DNA of 46,994 nucleotides from Mycobacterium sp. (GTDB lineage Bacteria; Actinomycetota; Actinomycetes; Mycobacteriales; Mycobacteriaceae): NCBI GenBank assembly GCA_003165155.1, contig PLSK01000251.1, positions 1 to 46,994 of the forward strand, read 5' to 3'. Shown piece by piece: positions 44,922 to 46,994 of this stretch (position 1 is its first letter; each line of letters starts with the position of its first letter). The notes under the pieces were generated by a model. It saw only the letters and a program-made list of their open reading frames with translations, ran no database searches and was not told where the DNA came from. The position numbers and the translations under genes were made by a program.

Positions 44922-45814
44922 CTGATCGTCCACACGCCGGCGTGGGTGCCCACGACTGCCACCGTCGCGTAGAGCAATGCCTCGCTGATTTCGCCCTGGG
45001 TGCACAACGACGCGTCGACGTGCACCGCGTCCAACGACGCGTCGGGCAGGATCAGCACTGACGCACCGTACACAGCGCAGGCCGGGTTCAGTCCGGCGCC
45101 CGGAAGCGTCGGCGAGGCCAGCAGCATCATCGGGCCACCGCGGCTTGCGGACTCGTCCCGATACCGGACCGCCAGGGCATCGGCTTCCAGCCCCAAGAGC
45201 ATGTAGCCGTTGCCGTGGAACGCCCCGGCGTCGCCGAGCTGCGCCTTGGTCACCGGGGTTCCGTCCGCGCGCCAGGCCGACAGGCTGATGGTCTTGACGA
45301 CCATGCCGGTGTCGTTTGCGTTCGTGGGCAGCAGGCCCACCGGAAACGCCACCGGATACGCGGCCGAGGTGTTCGGGATGCGGTCCCGCGCCGAGTAGCT
45401 GTACACCCCGCGGGCCTGGCTTCGCTCTTTCAGCGGGCCCAGGCAGACCGTGCCGGTGAGCCGGTCGGGCGGCGCCGATAGCGGCGAGGTGATGTCGTGC
45501 ACTGTCGTCATCGCGGTGTCGCAGCTGCCCAGCCCGGTGGCCTCCAGCGGATGGGCCAGCGCGCCGTAGAGCCCGAAGCGAATGTCCTCGGGTTTGGCGT
45601 GCGGCGCCTTCGGGTCGGCCGGAGACGCGTCTACGTCGATCAGCACATAGTCGCCGTCCCAGCGCAAGTTCGACACCGACATGTTCCAGCCGAGCAACGC
45701 CAGCGATTCCCCGAAGCGGGCGCCCTCGGCGCCGTAGGGACGCACGGAGTGGTTGGAGCTCGAACAGGCCACCAGGCAGGCGGCCAACACGGCTAGGGCA
45801 AGCAGAGTGCGCAA
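44918..45814 (-). CDS. Putative lipoprotein (Rv0381c-like)
   Basis: LVAC lipobox; coupled between pyrE and the TrmH gene. Confidence 0.75.
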   Translation of the reverse strand: MRTLLALAVLAACLVACSSSNHSVRPYGAEGARFGESLALLGWNMSVSNLRWDGDYVLIDVDASPADPKAPHAKPEDIRFGLYGALAHPLEATGLGSCDTAMTTVHDITSPLSAPPDRLTGTVCLGPLKERSQARGVYSYSARDRIPNTSAAYPVAFPVGLLPTNANDTGMVVKTISLSAWRADGTPVTKAQLGDAGAFHGNGYMLLGLEADALAVRYRDESASRGGPMMLLASPTLPGAGLNPACAVYGASVLILPDASLDAVHVDASLCTQGEISEALLYATVAVVGTHAGVWTIR

Positions 45815-45820
45815 GCCCGC

Positions 45821-46360
45821 CTAGCCCAGCCCGAGATCGGCAAGGCCCAGCACGCTGCGGTAGAGCAACCCTTCGGCTTGGACGGCCTCGGCGGCGCCGG
45901 TGGCGCGGTCCACCACGGTGGCGACGCCGATCACCTCGCCGCCCGCGTCTTGGACTGCGTGAACCGCTGTCAGCGCAGATCCACCCGTGGTGCTGGTGTC
46001 TTCCACTACCAGCACGCGCTGACCGCCAACCTCGGACCCCTCGATAAGGCGTTGTAAGCCATGGGCTTTCGCGGACTTGCGCACCACGAACGCATCTATC
46101 GGACGCCCGGGCGCATGCATGATGGCGGTCGCGACCGGATCGGCCCCCAGCGTCAGCCCGCCGACAACCGCGTAGTCCCAGTCCTGGGTGAGTTCGCGCA
46201 TCAACTGGCCGATCAGGGCAGAGGCCCGGTGGTGCAGGGTGGCGCGGCGCAAGTCGACGTAGTAGTCGGCCTCCTTGCCCGATGACAGCGTGACTCGACC
46301 GTGTATGACCGATAGCCGGCGCACCAGATCAGCCAACTCCGCGTGCTCAGGTGCAGCCAT
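45821..46360 (-). CDS. pyrE: Orotate phosphoribosyltransferase
   Basis: TLSSGKEADYYVDLR, RKSAKAHG, VVEDTSTTGGS PRPP-binding motif. Confidence 0.96.
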   Translation of the reverse strand: MAAPEHAELADLVRRLSVIHGRVTLSSGKEADYYVDLRRATLHHRASALIGQLMRELTQDWDYAVVGGLTLGADPVATAIMHAPGRPIDAFVVRKSAKAHGLQRLIEGSEVGGQRVLVVEDTSTTGGSALTAVHAVQDAGGEVIGVATVVDRATGAAEAVQAEGLLYRSVLGLADLGLG

Positions 46361-46379
46361 GGGCGACAGCGTACTGCTC

Positions 46380-46994
46380 TCAGTGCTGGTAGTTACTGGC
46401 CTGACTGCCATTACGCCCCGCCGGCGGCGGGCGCCGGACAGTTCCGGGGCGACCCTCTTTGCGAATCTCCGTGCGACTCTCGTCGCGGCGAACAGGCTCA
46501 GGGCTATGGCGCGCCGCCTGAACATCCGAGCCGAGCAGCCCGGCCACGTCCTGATCGGGGCGCCTGGCTGGCAACTCGGCGCGCCCGGCCGGCGCCAGGG
46601 GACGGCTCGGTGCCGCGTTGCGGAGGGCGGCGGGCTCGCCCGCCTCCTGAGCGGTCTCATGAGGCAGCGGTGGCAGAACCCGCAGTAGGTCGTTGAATTG
46701 GCGCACGGTGCGCAGGCCCTCATCCCATTGGATGCGAGTGCTGGTGACAGGCAATGAGACCAGCGTCCAGTTCTGCTCGTTCCACATGATCTCGGCGCAG
46801 TCGGGTGCGGTGTGCGCGAAGGTGACCATTCGCCGGTCGCAGGCCCGCCGGGCCGCGTCCAGATTGGTGGAGTACACCATCCGCGGCCCGATCGCGCCGA
46901 GCAGCCAGATGTCACTCTCCCTGGGTTCTTTCAGCCCTTTGAGCCGCAGGTCGATAACGACGTTGGTGCCCACCTTGCGGTGCAGGGCGATCAC
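46380..46994 (-). CDS. ttfA: TtfA (Rv0383c-like MmpL3 accessory protein), 3' part; 5' end outside the window
   Basis: ESDIWLLGAIGPRMVYSTNLDAARRACDRRMV, WDEGLRTVRQFNDLLRVLPP, low-complexity tail; adjacent to pyrE. Confidence 0.85.
   Translation of the reverse strand: MIALHRKVGTNVVIDLRLKGLKEPRESDIWLLGAIGPRMVYSTNLDAARRACDRRMVTFAHTAPDCAEIMWNEQNWTLVSLPVTSTRIQWDEGLRTVRQFNDLLRVLPPLPHETAQEAGEPAALRNAAPSRPLAPAGRAELPARRPDQDVAGLLGSDVQAARHSPEPVRRDESRTEIRKEGRPGTVRRPPPAGRNGSQASNYQH

Overview
A high-GC, gene-dense window from a Mycobacterium. A non-tuberculous species is inferred from gene content. Gene order matches, from my recall, the M. tuberculosis blocks Rv0418 to Rv0389 and Rv0356c to Rv0383c. Core genes: lpqL plus a tandem paralog, thiOSG/thiE with a TPP riboswitch, mutT3, glnX-glnH-pknG, fgd1-pta-ackA, fadE7, metZ, purT, purA, fba, lamH-type GH76, a TrmH methylase, pyrE and ttfA. 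Accessory modules sit between them: (1) a DUF559/AbiEi-like nuclease gene bracketed by inverted, imperfect ~67-bp CGTC-tagged REP-like hairpins, the strongest candidate for an undescribed nuclease-REP system; (2) a DUF1800-DUF1501 pair with a Tat-signal metalloenzyme-like protein; (3) a translationally coupled GNAT plus three luciferase-like monooxygenase operon resembling S-alkyl-cysteine catabolism; (4) a CD225/dispanin-DUF2752 membrane pair; (5) a DUF222-HNH gene with SOS-box-like and PafBC-type promoter motifs next to an orphan PGRS remnant; (6) an acetoacetate-CoA ligase coupled to the GH76 gene. No rRNA, tRNA, CRISPR array or classical IS transposase was seen. All family and ortholog calls come from motif recognition and recalled synteny, not from database searches.
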